Source: Eledone cirrhosa
Taxonomy: Eukaryota
Length of the DNA: 64,000 bases
Assembly (NCBI GenBank): GCA_964016885.1
Contig: CAXHJY010001764.1
Coordinates: 1 to 64,000, forward strand
Reading direction: 5' to 3'
Part shown: piece by piece, positions 25,407 through 38,140 of the stretch
Position numbering within the stretch: the stretch's first letter is position 1
Layout of the letters: the number at the start of each line of letters is the position of its first letter
Notes under the pieces: model-generated
What the model saw: the letters and a program-made list of their open reading frames with translations, nothing else
What the model was told of the DNA's origin: nothing
Database searches by the model: none
Made by a program: the position numbers and the translations under genes

Positions 25407-26351
25407 TGTATGTATATATATACGTATGTATATATATACGTATGTATATATATACGTATGTATATGTATACGTATGTATATGTATGTATGTATATATATG
25501 TATATATATGTATATGTATGTATGTATATATATGTATATATATGTATATGTATGTATGTATATATATGTATATATATGTATATGTATGTATGTATATATA
25601 TGTATATATATATATATGTATGTATATATACGTATGTATATGTACGTATGTATGTGTGTATGTATATATACGTATGTATGTGTATATATGCGTATATATA
25701 TATATATATATGTATGTATGTGTGTGTTGATATATTTATTTCAATATGTGCCTTGACTTTATTTTCAAGTGCTTTTTTTTCCCGTTTTAAACATAGTATC
25801 TATCAAGATGTCTTTTCCTCTTGTATAGGGTCTTTCTTGCTAACTTGTTCTGTGCGGAAAAAGTATTTATTCTCAATTACAACTATGGAATAATTACAGC
25901 CTCTTCTACTATATATAGCCTTCAGTTATGACCAATACTTTAACAGTAAAAGTTGCTAGACAGAAACTGCAGAAGACTCTGTGTGAGGTCTTGTGTCTTA
26001 GTGTAGCGGTTCGACAAAAAGAGAGCGATAAAATAAATGGGACTTGGAAAAAAAAAAAGGATTGAAGTCAATATGATCGACTCAATCCTTTTAAGACAGT
26101 GCCCCAGCATGGTCATTTATAGTTACATTTGGTGGTGTTCGTGTTGCCAATATTGGCAATAAAAGACATGCACTATATGATATTCACTTCAGTTTTATAT
26201 ATATATATTTGGGGACCGTCTGCTATCGATATAACACCATATTCGTAGGCTGTCCCCAAATTGAATTTTCTATTTTCTATGCTTTTCTCTATCTCCTGTC
26301 TTCCATTCTATGTTTGGGTTCAATGTAATCTTGTTACATAATTTGGAAAAT

Positions 26352-26427
26352 AACACCTGATGAAATCATCTTGTCTTGCATCATAATTGGATGACAGAGC
26401 TGGGCCATTGAAATATGTATAGTGCTT
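26352..26427 (+). ncRNA. Hammerhead-like motif with weak stem I
   Basis: CAC CTGATGA AAT...ATT GAAA TATGTA TA GTG. Confidence 0.5.
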
Positions 26428-27389
26428 TCGTGGAATTAAAATTTTAAAGTAAATTTTCCAGTCCAGCCTTCTGTTTTAATGAATATTTTACTCTTTTCCT
26501 GCACCAACCACTGGATACCACATCTACAATGGTTGATTTGCATAACGTTGAGTGCTTTAATTAATTTGTTGCATTTACATTATTCTGTATTTACTATTGT
26601 ATTTTCATGGTAAAGGTTTTACCTCTCATTATATCGAAGCTATGAGGAGTGACAGGTTATGGCTGGTTTGAATAGAAAGAGCTGAGAGAATTCTGGCTGG
26701 ATATAGCTGGTTTAAATGCTAAAGGGTTAAATCAATTAAATAATGTATTAATGTATGCAGGCACACATGGTATATACTGTTCTCTCCGCTGATGAATTTC
26801 TTCAAGATTTTGATACATTTTTGTGAGCATTCTCAAAAAATTTCAATAGTTACCCTTACTTAAGCGAATGAGCTATCCATTGGAGAATTTTCTTCTTTGA
26901 AACCACCCTGGAGCAGGCCAAAACACCTATTATCCCCCCCCACACACACACACAGAACACAAAATGAATTAGAATTTCACCAAATTCAAAAGGAGTGAAA
27001 GCCAATGACCAATGATCTTTGGTTAAAGAAGGCATTGGGACTTCACTCACAGAATATAATTCAGCGGTCAGAAGTGACAGCTGAAATAGGTATCACCACC
27101 ATTACCAAGGCCAACAACAGTGACAACAAAAACAATAACAACAACAACTTATATTTATACACTAGATCCTCACAGTATGAGTGGAAATCTGCAGTACGAA
27201 TGAGTTTCATATAAGCGACCGCTAGTCGGCGCTGAGCCCACACACACTCTCCCAACAAGCGCAGCCTCCGCTCACATGTTTATCTTGTTGTGGCAGCATC
27301 CCTATTGTGTTTTTCCCAGTGTTTTTTTTTAGTTTTGTGTGTTTTTTGCTATTATTTTATAATAATTAGTGGAAAAGTGTGGTTCCCTG

Positions 27390-27518
27390 GAGGAGGACAT
27401 TGTAGCGGGGAAGCCTATCTCTATGAGTGACATAAAAGGAGTTTTGGTAAAGTGGCAGGATGTTTCTGAATTTGTAGAAACAAATCATCCTGCAAAAATA
27501 ACTACTAGAAAGTATTAA
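27390..27518 (+). pseudogene. Possible Tigger/pogo transposase C-terminal relic
   Basis: Manual translation EEDIVAGKPISMSDIKGVLVKWQDVSEFVETNHPAK resembles Tigger-family C-termini (recalled similarity, not searched). Confidence 0.4.
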
Positions 27519-27668
27519 CTATATTTTAATTAATTTCAATTGGGAAAATTGATTTGTAAAATGAAAGATTTAATTGTGTTTACAAGAAATTTTGACCAAT
27601 CCTTTTGACAACTACAATCTTCCCATATAAGGAATTCCCCCTTGAAAAGTTATATATATATATACATA

Positions 27669-28128
27669 TAGTAATAATAATAAATTTGAAGACTAAAATC
27701 CAAAGAGGGCTCGATAAGGATATATATCAAATATATAAGAACCGTAGAGCAAATATTTATTAAAATAACAGATTAAAGTTTAAGCAAAGAATCGCTGCTT
27801 TCACCCTTAACGGGATCTTCTGAAACTAACAAAGTCAATCTGTGAATGCAGAAGTGAATATTTCAAAAAACGTTGCAACCGGAGGAAGACAGGAAGACGA
27901 TACTTTGGTTCGTGGAAACGTTCCCTCGCAAAGAACGGAAAAAAACCGAATATAATACGTCATCTGTTTTCTGTATCAGGAGTTTTAGGTATGTTTTCCT
28001 GCTTGGTACGGGTATGTTCTTTGTAGAAATATTCAGATGTTGTTTCTGCATGATGAATATGTCAATAGAGTGCTCAAGGGTGAAAGCAGCGATTCTTGGC
28101 TTAAACTTTAATCTGTTATTTTAATAAA
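27669..28128 (-). mobile_element. Internally deleted PLE derivative: ORF N-terminus fused to the 3' pLTR, with a short inverted pLTR piece
   Basis: ISTKNIPVPSRKTYLKLLIQKT joined to the module shared with 15256-15548; 28078-28128 is inverted relative to 27755-27806. Confidence 0.7.
27768..27843 (-). ncRNA. Variant (CAGAAGA) extended hammerhead-like RNA, copy 2
   Basis: Same fold as 15357-15432. Confidence 0.65.
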
Positions 28129-28151
28129 TATATATATACATATATATATAT

Positions 28152-28768
28152 TTGCGTAGAATAAAAAGAAATGAAGCTTGCGTGCTCCGATGGATGTGTA
28201 ATAGTAATATATGCGAATGGCAAAGCATAAACGAATTTTGAGAGAGAGTGACTAAGCATAAAAGGAACCAAATGCTGTGTGCAGGAGAGGAGATTACATT
28301 GGTATGGACATGCGATGCATGTGAAGGATGACAACTGCATAAAAAGGTGCAGAGCACTAAAAGTCAATGGAAGCCTTGGAGTGGGGAGACCCAAGAAGAC
28401 CTGGTGAAAGCTGGTCTTGCCCAATTGCACCTCTGAAAGGCGATGACACAGGACTGATAACTCTGGCATTAAGCAGTAATACAGAAGACCCAACCCCCAC
28501 GGATACAAGCCGAAGCTGAAACATATAGACAGTATGCCCCCACACCCCCTCACTGTAAAGTGGTTGTGTAGGTGTCACAGTAAAAAGCACCCAGTACTCA
28601 CTGTAAATGAGGTCGGTGTTAGGAAGGGCATCCAGCTGTAGAAACCAGGCCCAAATCAGTTCTGTATGAGCAAGACATGGACACCTGACTTGGCATTGCC
28701 CACAACAGGACAACCTGTCTAACCCATGCTAGTGTGGAAGAATGGACGTAAAACGGTGATGATGATGA
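28152..28768 (+). mobile_element. RTE family B 3' fragment, degenerate
   Basis: Collinear with 12630-13310. Confidence 0.85.
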
Positions 28769-28887
28769 AAAACCCATTAAGGGTGAAAGCAGCGACCCTT
28801 TGCTTAAACTTTAATCTGTTCTTATAATAAATGAATATATATTATTGTTATGTAATATATATATATATGTGTGTGTGTGTGTATATG

Positions 28888-28930
<43 letters not shown>

Positions 28931-29415
28931 TTCCCAGTCATTCAAAGGTAACAATCCCTTTTCTATATATAATCATCACAACCAAACGAACATTACTGTT
29001 GCCATCACCACCACCGCCATCACTAACACAGTATACACGTGTTTATATATCTGGAAGAAGAAAACGGAGAGGAGCAACAGAATTACAAGATCATCAAAGG
29101 AGGAATGGTTGTGGCCCAAAGATAAAGCACCACTGTCATGTTTCACTGGTGATAAACGCAAGGAATTAGCCAGGATCAATTGTACCACACATATACATAT
29201 TGATATATACTTATACCTGTTCATAATTACATTCATATTACACACACACTATGTAAATGTGCTTACTTGAAAACATACAAAAGTATGCATTGTACATGTG
29301 TCTACAAAAGATAATCTATATTATTATACGTGAATTTGTATATCTGGCAATATATGGTATGTTTATAAATAAACATTTTGAAAGCCTTCAGCTATGAATT
29401 TGGAAACCGATGGCA

Positions 29416-29476
29416 TAGCGCCATCTACTGTTTTCCAACAGAAGCTAAGGACAGGTAACTAGCGATAATGACGTCA
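29416..29476. promoter_or_regulatory. Candidate CTCF-like motif plus a TGACGTCA (CRE) palindrome in non-repetitive sequence
   Basis: TAGCGCCATCTACTG at 29416-29430 (reverse complement CAGTAGATGGCGCTA); TGACGTCA at 29469-29476. Confidence 0.35.
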
Positions 29477-29619
29477 TCATTTCTGACTCCGGTCGTTATC
29501 AAGCCAGTGCTCCTTATCCCTCTTGCTGCTGGAACTTAACATAGATGAAAACATTTACTTGTTTGGAAATATGTGCAAAATATACAAAAACTTTTTGTGA
29601 TTCGCTATCTTACACTTTA

Positions 29620-30060
29620 CATAGTAGCACACATACATCTTACACTGTACTACCACACATACATCTTACACTGTACATAGTCACACACATACATCTTACA
29701 CTGTACATAGTCACACACATACATCTTACACTGTACTACCACACATACATCTTACACTGTACATAGTAGCACACATACATCTTACACTGTACTACCACAC
29801 ATACATCTTACACTGTACATAGTAGCACACATACATCTTATACTGTACTACCACACATACATCTTACCCTGTACCTACTGGCACACATACATCTTACTCT
29901 GGACATACTGGCCCACATACATCTTTCACTGTACTAGCACACATACAGCTTACACTGTACATACTACCACACATACATCTTACACTGTACATACTACCAC
30001 GCATACATTTTACACTGTACTACCACACATACATCTTGCACTGTACATACTGGCACACAT
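29620..30060. repeat. Minisatellite with ~28-32-bp unit CACACATACATCTTACACTGTAC(ATAGT/TAC)
   Basis: More than ten visible tandem units. Confidence 0.92.
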
Positions 30061-30289
30061 ATATCCATGTTTGCACACACATTAAATCTGCCTAAATAAT
30101 ACACTTGCAATAATGTTTTTTTTTTTCTCTTTCCTGAATTATATATACACATGGCCATGAGAATGTCCACATACAAGCATATATATACAACATATACTCT
30201 GGTGTCAGCCAAAACTTGGGAGTGTGTGTGTGTGTGTATATATACATATATACATAGATTTCTAAGATTTTCCATTTGAACACCTCCTC

Positions 30290-31020
30290 TAATTGAGCCA
30301 GTGACTGGGAGCACCTCTTCTATTCTTACCCACATGCCCTCGGCTTCCCCAACTCTGGCGCTGACCAAAGGCCTGTTGATAGCAGCTTTCGTCAAGGCCA
30401 ACATTTCGTCATTTGAGGAAGCGCCCAGCCCAAATGTGCCCAAGGATGCCACGCCCGCTGCTTTCAGGTGCCCTCAATCCTCTACCCCTGGGGCCAGCAC
30501 AAAGCATTTATGCGACCACGTAAATGCCAAACTAATCAAGGGTGATGTCTTGGCCATGGTCAGAGTGCTCACCCACCGACCTCAGACCCATAACCCCACC
30601 TGGTCCACACCTGCTAAATGTGGCATCAGATGCAGATATCATGTCTGCCATTAAGTCCTTCCCTACCACCAGAGTGTGAGTGTGTGGGAGGAGGGGAGGC
30701 ACATGCAGCTAGGCAGTTCTTAAACAGCAGCCCACCAGAACTGGCGTCGAGGGACGCCAGGCACCTCATTGTCAAGCTTGACAGGAGTCTTTAACTGCCT
30801 ACACCATGACCATCTGCTCGAAGCCTGCCTCAGTCGGGCCCCCTCTGCTTACCCACTGGCCTACCTATCATATGGAGCCCCGAGCATGATCCTTGCTGCT
30901 GACATGGTCATACCTTCATCCACTGGGGTTCAACAGTGTGATCCATTGGGCCTCTCCTTTTTGCTCTTGGGATAGACCACATTGCTTGGAGCATTGCAAC
31001 CCCATTCAACGTTTGGTACC
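30290..31020 (+). pseudogene. Highly degenerate CRE-clade-like non-LTR RT relic
   Basis: VNAKLIKGDVLAMVRVL and AYLSYGAPS..IPSSTGVQQCDPLG, resembling the GVQQGDPLGP motif. Confidence 0.55.
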
Positions 31021-31359
31021 AGGCTGATGTTCTGCAATAAGAGAGAGAGAGAGTGAGATTGTCTTAATCTGTGACTAATTCTCTCTCTCATTGTTGACAT
31101 GTAAACAATTTTCGCCTGGTCCCTCCCTCTGCTTGTTTGATACACACTCATATATATCTATTGTGTGGTTGTTCACTCTTTGTTTTTGTTTTTTTGTTGC
31201 TGCCAGTTAAGACTGGAAAACATTAAACATTGCTGAATTTACCTAATATACACCAACAGAGATAAGAAGTGTGACATTCATTATAAGCATTTTATTTTAA
31301 AATTTGCTATGCTCAAGTACATACATACACACACTCACACACACACGAATATATATATA

Positions 31360-32262
31360 TCATCATCATCACCGTTTTACGTCGATGACTCCATGCTATC
31401 ATGAGTTAGACGGGTTGTCCTGTTGTAGGCAATGCCAGGTCAGGTGACCGTGTCTTGCTCATACAGGTCTGATTTGGGCTTGGTTTCTACAGCTGGATGC
31501 CCTTCCTAACATCAATCTCATTTACAGAGTACTAGGTGCTTTTTTTACCATGGCGCCTAGATGACCAATTTACAGTGTGGACTGGGTGCTTTTTGTCGTG
31601 ACATTTACATGACCATTTTACAGTGGGAGGGTGTGGGGGCATATTGTCTATATGCTTCAGCTTGTACCTGTGGGAACTTGGGTCTTCTGTATTACTGCAT
31701 AACACCAGTGATCTCAGTCCTGTTTCGTCGCCTTTGGGCAAGGTCAGTTTTTATCACCTCATTCCAGGTCTTCTTGGGTCTTCCCACTCCAAAGCTTCCA
31801 TTGACTTTTAGTGCTCTGCATCTTTTTATACAACTGTCATCCTTCATACGCATCACATGTCCATACCAACATAATCTCCTCTCCTGCACACAACATTTGA
31901 TTCCTCTTATGCTTAGTCTCTCTCTTAATTCATTTATGCTTTGCCATTTGCTTCGTTTCTTTCTAACCTACGTAAGTCTTCTGCACACAGTGCCAGATCT
32001 CACTACCATACAAGATTGCTGTTCGTATGACTGCATCATACAGTCTGCCTTTCATTTTGAGGGAAAAGCCTTTTGTAGCTAGCAGTGGTAGTAGCTCCCT
32101 GAACTTCTACCATCCGTTCTTTCCTTGGTTAATGTACTTTCAGAACACCCCCTTTCTGCTGCTAATTCGGTCTCCTAGACAGCAGAAGCTGTCTACTGTT
32201 TCTACAGAGCCCTCCCAGAATTTGATAGTTTTTGTTTCCTGTGGCTGTTTGCTGCTTACTGT
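31360..32262 (-). mobile_element. RTE family B 3' fragment, degenerate
   Basis: QERRLCWYGHVMRMKDD; family B tail. Confidence 0.85.
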
Positions 32263-32870
32263 CCCGGTATATGTATATATATACACACACACACATATAT
32301 ATAAACATTATATTTTAATCTTGGCCACTAGCCTGTAAATATACATAAATAATTATACATATTAAAAAATCAACCTTAATGATAAAGCGGATTTATTTTG
32401 TGGTTATGATCATCATTGTCACCTACCTCTATCTGTTTGTTGCCAAATATAGTAGTAGGCTGTCTTTATTTTGTCTCCACACATCAATATACCGAGAGAG
32501 AGATGGAAGGGCATGAACATCATTCATTCTCACCCTCTCTTACGTCTCGCCCATTGCGTTGTATATTACAACCTTATTTCCTGCTAACTGACGAGCTGTC
32601 ATCTCATTTGCATTTGGTATGTCCATCACAAACTATATGAATAAATGAACCTCCATCGGTTTCCGCGAAGAGTGGATGAGTTGTTTCATCACAGCCTGCT
32701 CATGAAATTAAAGCACAAGTGGGTGAGCATTCCATATGTGTATCAGTAAGGCTGATACCAACTTTAAAGGTGACCGTTATTTTTGGAGGCCATCCGGATG
32801 GCCTCCAAAAACAACTGTCACCTTTTTGAAAGGGTACATCAATATCTATTTGTAAAACTGTTATATATTG

Positions 32871-32935
32871 TATTTTGTCTGATGAAGGCATACCATGATT
32901 TAACTTGGTATCCTTGAAATATATATAATGAAATA
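32871..32935 (+). ncRNA. Minimal hammerhead ribozyme, 'TATATA' family
   Basis: TATTTTGT CTGATGA AGGCATACCA...TGGTATCCTT GAAA TATATA TA ATGAAATA. Confidence 0.8.
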
Positions 32936-33065
32936 AATATGGTTTTATAAATATAGTTTCCATTTATTAATATTGTATATCTACTCCAAATATTTGTCGA
33001 GTGCTTTATATCAGTTATAATAATAACATTTGATTGTTGTATCCCAACAATTTAAATCAAACTTT

Positions 33066-33100
<35 letters not shown>

Positions 33101-33165
33101 CTGTTGTGTTACTACTTATATATATATATATATATAAGTGGTAACACAACAGTTAGTTCACCATA

Positions 33166-33205
33166 CCGAGAACAATTGTTTCACCTTAGCGGATCCTCAG
33201 CTCAG
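33166..33205 (-). ncRNA. Minimal hammerhead-like motif (CTGAGGA core)
   Basis: Reverse complement reads CTGAG CTGAGGA TCCGCTAAGGT GAAA CAATTG TT CTCGG; the 3' half recurs at 34952-34985 (+). Confidence 0.62.
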
Positions 33206-33315
33206 ACTGGTCATGGTTATACGGAATAACGAGAATAATTGTGAGTGTGTGTATATATATATATGTGTGTGTGTGTGATATATATATATATATATCACAC
33301 ACACATATATATATA

Positions 33316-33373
<58 letters not shown>

Positions 33374-33499
33374 CACAATTATTCTCGCTCTTTGAACATG
33401 GTGAGTGGGAAAAAGAGGTTCAATCAACTGACACTATCCTTGCAATTTCAACTCCAAAACTCCTTTTATACGTGATCAAGTCATAAGGAGCAAACAAGG

Positions 33500-34500
33500 G
33501 AGAGAATTCTTATAAAGTGAGCTGATCCGAAAATAATAATATTAGCTGAGGAGGATTGACCTTTGCTGCCTTCAAGAGCACAGATGGAACGAAGGTTTTG
33601 TGTCCAACCAGAGTAGATTGATCACTGGAAAAATTTGCGATACAAGTTCTATAGGGCTGCGTATTCCAAAGGAACCTGTGGTGCAGGCATCCTCTTGGCA
33701 GAAAGATGGATAGAGGTGTTCTCGGACAGAATCATCATTTTTAGGATGGTCATTGGCAGACATGTGTATGCCTTCAACTGTCTCAGTGTTGCTGACAAGG
33801 ACCGTTTCTATGACCAACTCCATGGGCAGTCGCCAAAATTCCTGCTTGGAGATACTGATCCCTCTGGGAGATTGGAATGGCCAAGTCGGCCAAGCTGCTG
33901 CTGGCTTTGGGGCTGTGCATGGTGTGGACATGGATGGGGTACGCGCAACCTAGAAGGCTGGAATTCGCAGTGTCAAATGACCTTGTCATTGGCAACACAT
34001 GCTTCAGAAAAAGAGACAACCATCTAATAACTTATCAGTTTGGTGGTGCCTCAACTTAAGTCAACTACATCCTTGTGTGCAAGAGTCCGAAACCAGGTGG
34101 TTGACATGAAAGTTATTCCAGGGGAAGAAGTTGCTAGCCAGCACTGGCTTCTTGTTTGTGAGATAGATATCAACCAAAGCGGAAATTCATGCTGCACCTC
34201 AAGACATGGAAATTCAAGTGCTCTGTCGCAAGGCTGCAGCACCAAGAGGCTTTTGTGGCTAGAGCAGAATTTCACTCAAGTTCTGAGGTTGAGCAGGGGG
34301 AGGAGACTTGGGCCAAGATTAAGACAAACCTGATGGGTGCAGCAGAGCAGGTGTGTGTCTGCTCCAAGCCCCATCAATGGTGGCCAGCGCCCTGGTGGTG
34401 GAACAACATAGTTGAGAAGGCTGTGGCTGTGGCACGCAGATGCTACCACGGCTAGAAGAACGGTGAAGGCATAGACCCTAACAGCTCTGATATCTTTAAA
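33500..34500 (+). pseudogene. Old RTE-like endonuclease-region relic
   Basis: IDLCCLQEHRW, GDWNGQVG, GNTCFRKRDNHLITY, WWWN across frameshifts. Confidence 0.75.
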
Positions 34501-34634
34501 TTCACCAATGATACAGCAGAGATGTATATATATATATAATATAGTATATATATATATATATGTATATAATATATATATATGTATATAATATATATATGTA
34601 TATAGTATATATATATATATATATATATATATAA

Positions 34635-34888
34635 TCATCATCATCATCGTTTAACGTCCATCTTCCATGCTAGCATGAGTTAGACGGGAGTTGTCCCACT
34701 TGAGGCAAGATTGGTCGAGTGACCGTGTCTCGCTCGTATAGGACTATCTGGCAGGTTTTCTATGGCTGGATGCCCTTCCTAACACCAACTACATTTACAT
34801 TGTGAACTTGGAACTTTTTACCGTGTTACCTACACGATCTCGATCTCATTATCTCATTAGTTTGGACTGGATGTTGTGGTACCAACTT
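34635..34888 (-). mobile_element. RTE family A-like 3' UTR fragment
   Basis: (CAT)n tail and family A UTR. Confidence 0.75.
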
Positions 34889-35002
34889 TAGAGAGAAAGG
34901 GTGGTGTTAGTAGGAGTAGTAGATTGGGGGTATATTTGGTTAAAACCCACATAAGGTGAAACTATTGTTCTCGGTAAGGTGAACTCTATATAATATGTAT
35001 TG

Positions 35003-35222
35003 AGGCACATGTGCTTTTTTGCCATGTCACCTCCACAACCACTTTGCAGTGGAATGATAGGGACCCCAGTCCCTATCATATCCTTTCTACAGCTGAGTAA
35101 ACTGGAACAATATGAAATAAAGTGTCTTACTCAAGGAAACAACACATCACCCGGTCTGAAAATTGAACTCATAACCTTTCGATTGCAAGGCCAATGCTCT
35201 AACCACTAGGCCATGTGCCTCC
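35003..35222 (-). mobile_element. SINE 5' part (tRNA head + body)
   Basis: Matches 4499-4710. Confidence 0.82.
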
Positions 35223-35229
35223 ATATATA

Positions 35230-36707
35230 TATATAAAAGTGAAATTGTCTGTGTGTATGTGTGTGTCCCCTCGTTTTTGCAACGTCTATACAAATTCATA
35301 TTTCTACTCCGATTGACTTCAAACTTGCATTTATATATTCCTTGCGGTCTAAAGATATTAACTGCAGCTTTTATTTTTCAATTTTCTTGTTAAAGGGCAC
35401 CGGTTATCGATCTCCGCCGCGCCCTTAAAATATTTCTCTGTATATCTGGCTGTCTGCATTACGACATTATGACAAACACTGATGACTTATTATCTTCGCT
35501 ATTCTCCGTTCATTACCAGGGAACGTCTTCACGAACCAAAGTATCATCTTCCTGTTTTCCTTCGCTTGCAACGTTTTTCGAAATATTTACTTCTGCATTC
35601 ACAGATTGATTTTTTTAGTTTCAGAAGATCCTGTTAAGGGTGAAAGCAGCGTTTCTTCGCTTAAACTTTAATCTGTTATTTAAATATATAATATAAGCGA
35701 GGCAAGCTAGCCCAGGTTAACAATTACACTTGAGAATACCTTTCCAACGGTCGGCTTATTTTTGAATCAGTAAATGTCATTTACTAATCTTTTGGCTAAC
35801 AATCCTGAGATATTCCCACTTACCCCAGTTGCTTTAACATTTTTTTGCAATACTTCCTGAGACATAATCACTTACCCCCGTTGCACACATTATTATTGGT
35901 GTTAGTACCAAGCCATATGCCCCATTATGTACATAGATAGAAATAGTGGATATTTTTAGAAAGCCCCCGCCAAAAAATATCCACACACCTATGTTAAAAA
36001 TCACATACGCTGGCGTTAAGCGGTAATTTCTATCTATCTTAGTACATAAGCGAGGAAAGCCAGCCCAGGTTACCAATTACAGTTGAGATTACCATTCCAA
36101 CGATCGGCTTATTTTTCAATCGTTAAGTGTCAGTTACTAATTTTTTCATAACATATCCTGAGATATAACCCCAGTAGACAGAAATAGTGGATCTTTTTAG
36201 AAAACCCCTGCCAAAATATCCCCACACCTATGATAAAATCACGTACGCTGACGTTAAGCGGAAATTTTTTTATTTTCTTTACCTGTTACCAACTAGGAAT
36301 AAATGCACCCGAGAGGGATAGAGAGAAAGAGTAACTTAGTGGAAAGAATGCGAATGAACTTTTGAGGTAAGTAGCTACGCCTTACTGCTATGACACTGGA
36401 ACATTCTGCCAACTTAACCTGTGACTTTCTCTTTCACATTTACTCCAATAGGCCAAAACAGAGTGGAAACGCCTGGGGACAACTGTCACAGAAGCAGTAT
36501 GAAAAGAAGGGGCTCAACAATATTTCTATGAACAATGCATGTAGACAGCTAAACTGTACTATCAACTTCTTATTTTTTTCCAAATAAAACAAGTTTCCTG
36601 TCGGTATATTTTCGTGAGTTTTTAACAAGCACTCACAAATAAACGTTGCTCATTGGAGGTGCTATTGCCAATGTTCTTAGCTGTGCAACGCCGGGATACA
36701 CTGCTAG
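35230..36707 (+). mobile_element. Non-autonomous Helitron-like element
   Basis: 5' ~450 bp homologous to the reverse complement of 57620-58122; ends GCAACGCCGGG..CTGCTAG|T; internal ~350-bp tandem duplication (35693 vs 36046). Confidence 0.65.
35601..35676 (+). ncRNA. Variant (CAGAAGA) extended hammerhead-like RNA inside the Helitron-like element
   Basis: ACAGATTGA..AGTTT CAGAAGA TCCT-GTTAA-GGGT GAA AGC..GCT T AAACT TTAATCTGT. Confidence 0.6.
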
Positions 36708-36869
36708 TATATATATATATTATTAGAAATGTAAGTTATCGCCGTATTTTGACTAAAGAAATTAAAGAAATTATTTAGCCTGATGGTGGGGTTAAGAACC
36801 CTCGGAGAAATGGAAAAAGATGAGTATTGACGTACATGGGACGTCCCATGTACGTCAATACTCATCTTG

Positions 36870-36900
<31 letters not shown>

Positions 36901-37053
36901 GTATATATATATATGTATATATATATGTATATATATATGTATATATATATGTATATATATATGTATATATATATATGTATATATATGTATATATATGTAT
37001 ATATATGTATATATATGTATATATATGTATATATATATATATGTATATATATG

Positions 37054-37103
<50 letters not shown>

Positions 37104-37205
37104 TGTATAGATATATATATATATATGTATATGTATATGTATATATATATGTATATGTATATATATATGTATATGTATATATATATGTATATGTATATAT
37201 ATATG

Positions 37206-37258
<53 letters not shown>

Positions 37259-37456
37259 GTATATGTATATGTATATATATATGTATATGTATATGTATAT
37301 ATATATGTATATATATATATGTATATATATATATGTATATATATGTATGTATATATGTATATGTATATATATATGTATATATATGTATGTATATATGTAT
37401 ATGTATATATATATGTATATATATATATGTATATGTATATGTATATATATATGTAT

Positions 37457-37487
<31 letters not shown>

Positions 37488-37540
37488 TATATATATATGT
37501 ATATATATATATGTATATGTATATGTATATATATATGTAT

Positions 37541-37571
<31 letters not shown>

Positions 37572-37699
37572 TATATATATGTATATATATGTATGTATAT
37601 ATGTATATGTATATATATATGTATATATATATATGTATATATATGTATATATATGTATGTATATATATATATATGTATGTATATATATATATATGTATG

Positions 37700-37748
<49 letters not shown>

Positions 37749-37791
37749 GTATATATATATGTATATATATATGTATATATATATATGTATG

Positions 37792-37829
<38 letters not shown>

Positions 37830-37865
37830 TGTATATATATGTATATATATATGTATATATATATG

Positions 37866-37900
<35 letters not shown>

Positions 37901-37901
37901 G

Positions 37902-37948
<47 letters not shown>

Positions 37949-37953
37949 GTATG

Positions 37954-38006
<53 letters not shown>

Positions 38007-38007
38007 G

Positions 38008-38118
<111 letters not shown>

Positions 38119-38140
38119 GTATGTATATATATATATATAT

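Noticed and set aside
25945-26115. Possible old SINE tail fragment
   Set aside because: Too degenerate, with no second copy in the window to confirm it.
29620-30060. CRISPR-like ~30-bp periodicity
   Set aside because: The units are contiguous with no unique spacers, there are no cas genes, and the context is eukaryotic.
32588-32640. CTGACGA hammerhead half-core
   Set aside because: No downstream GAAA, stem III or stem I partner was found.
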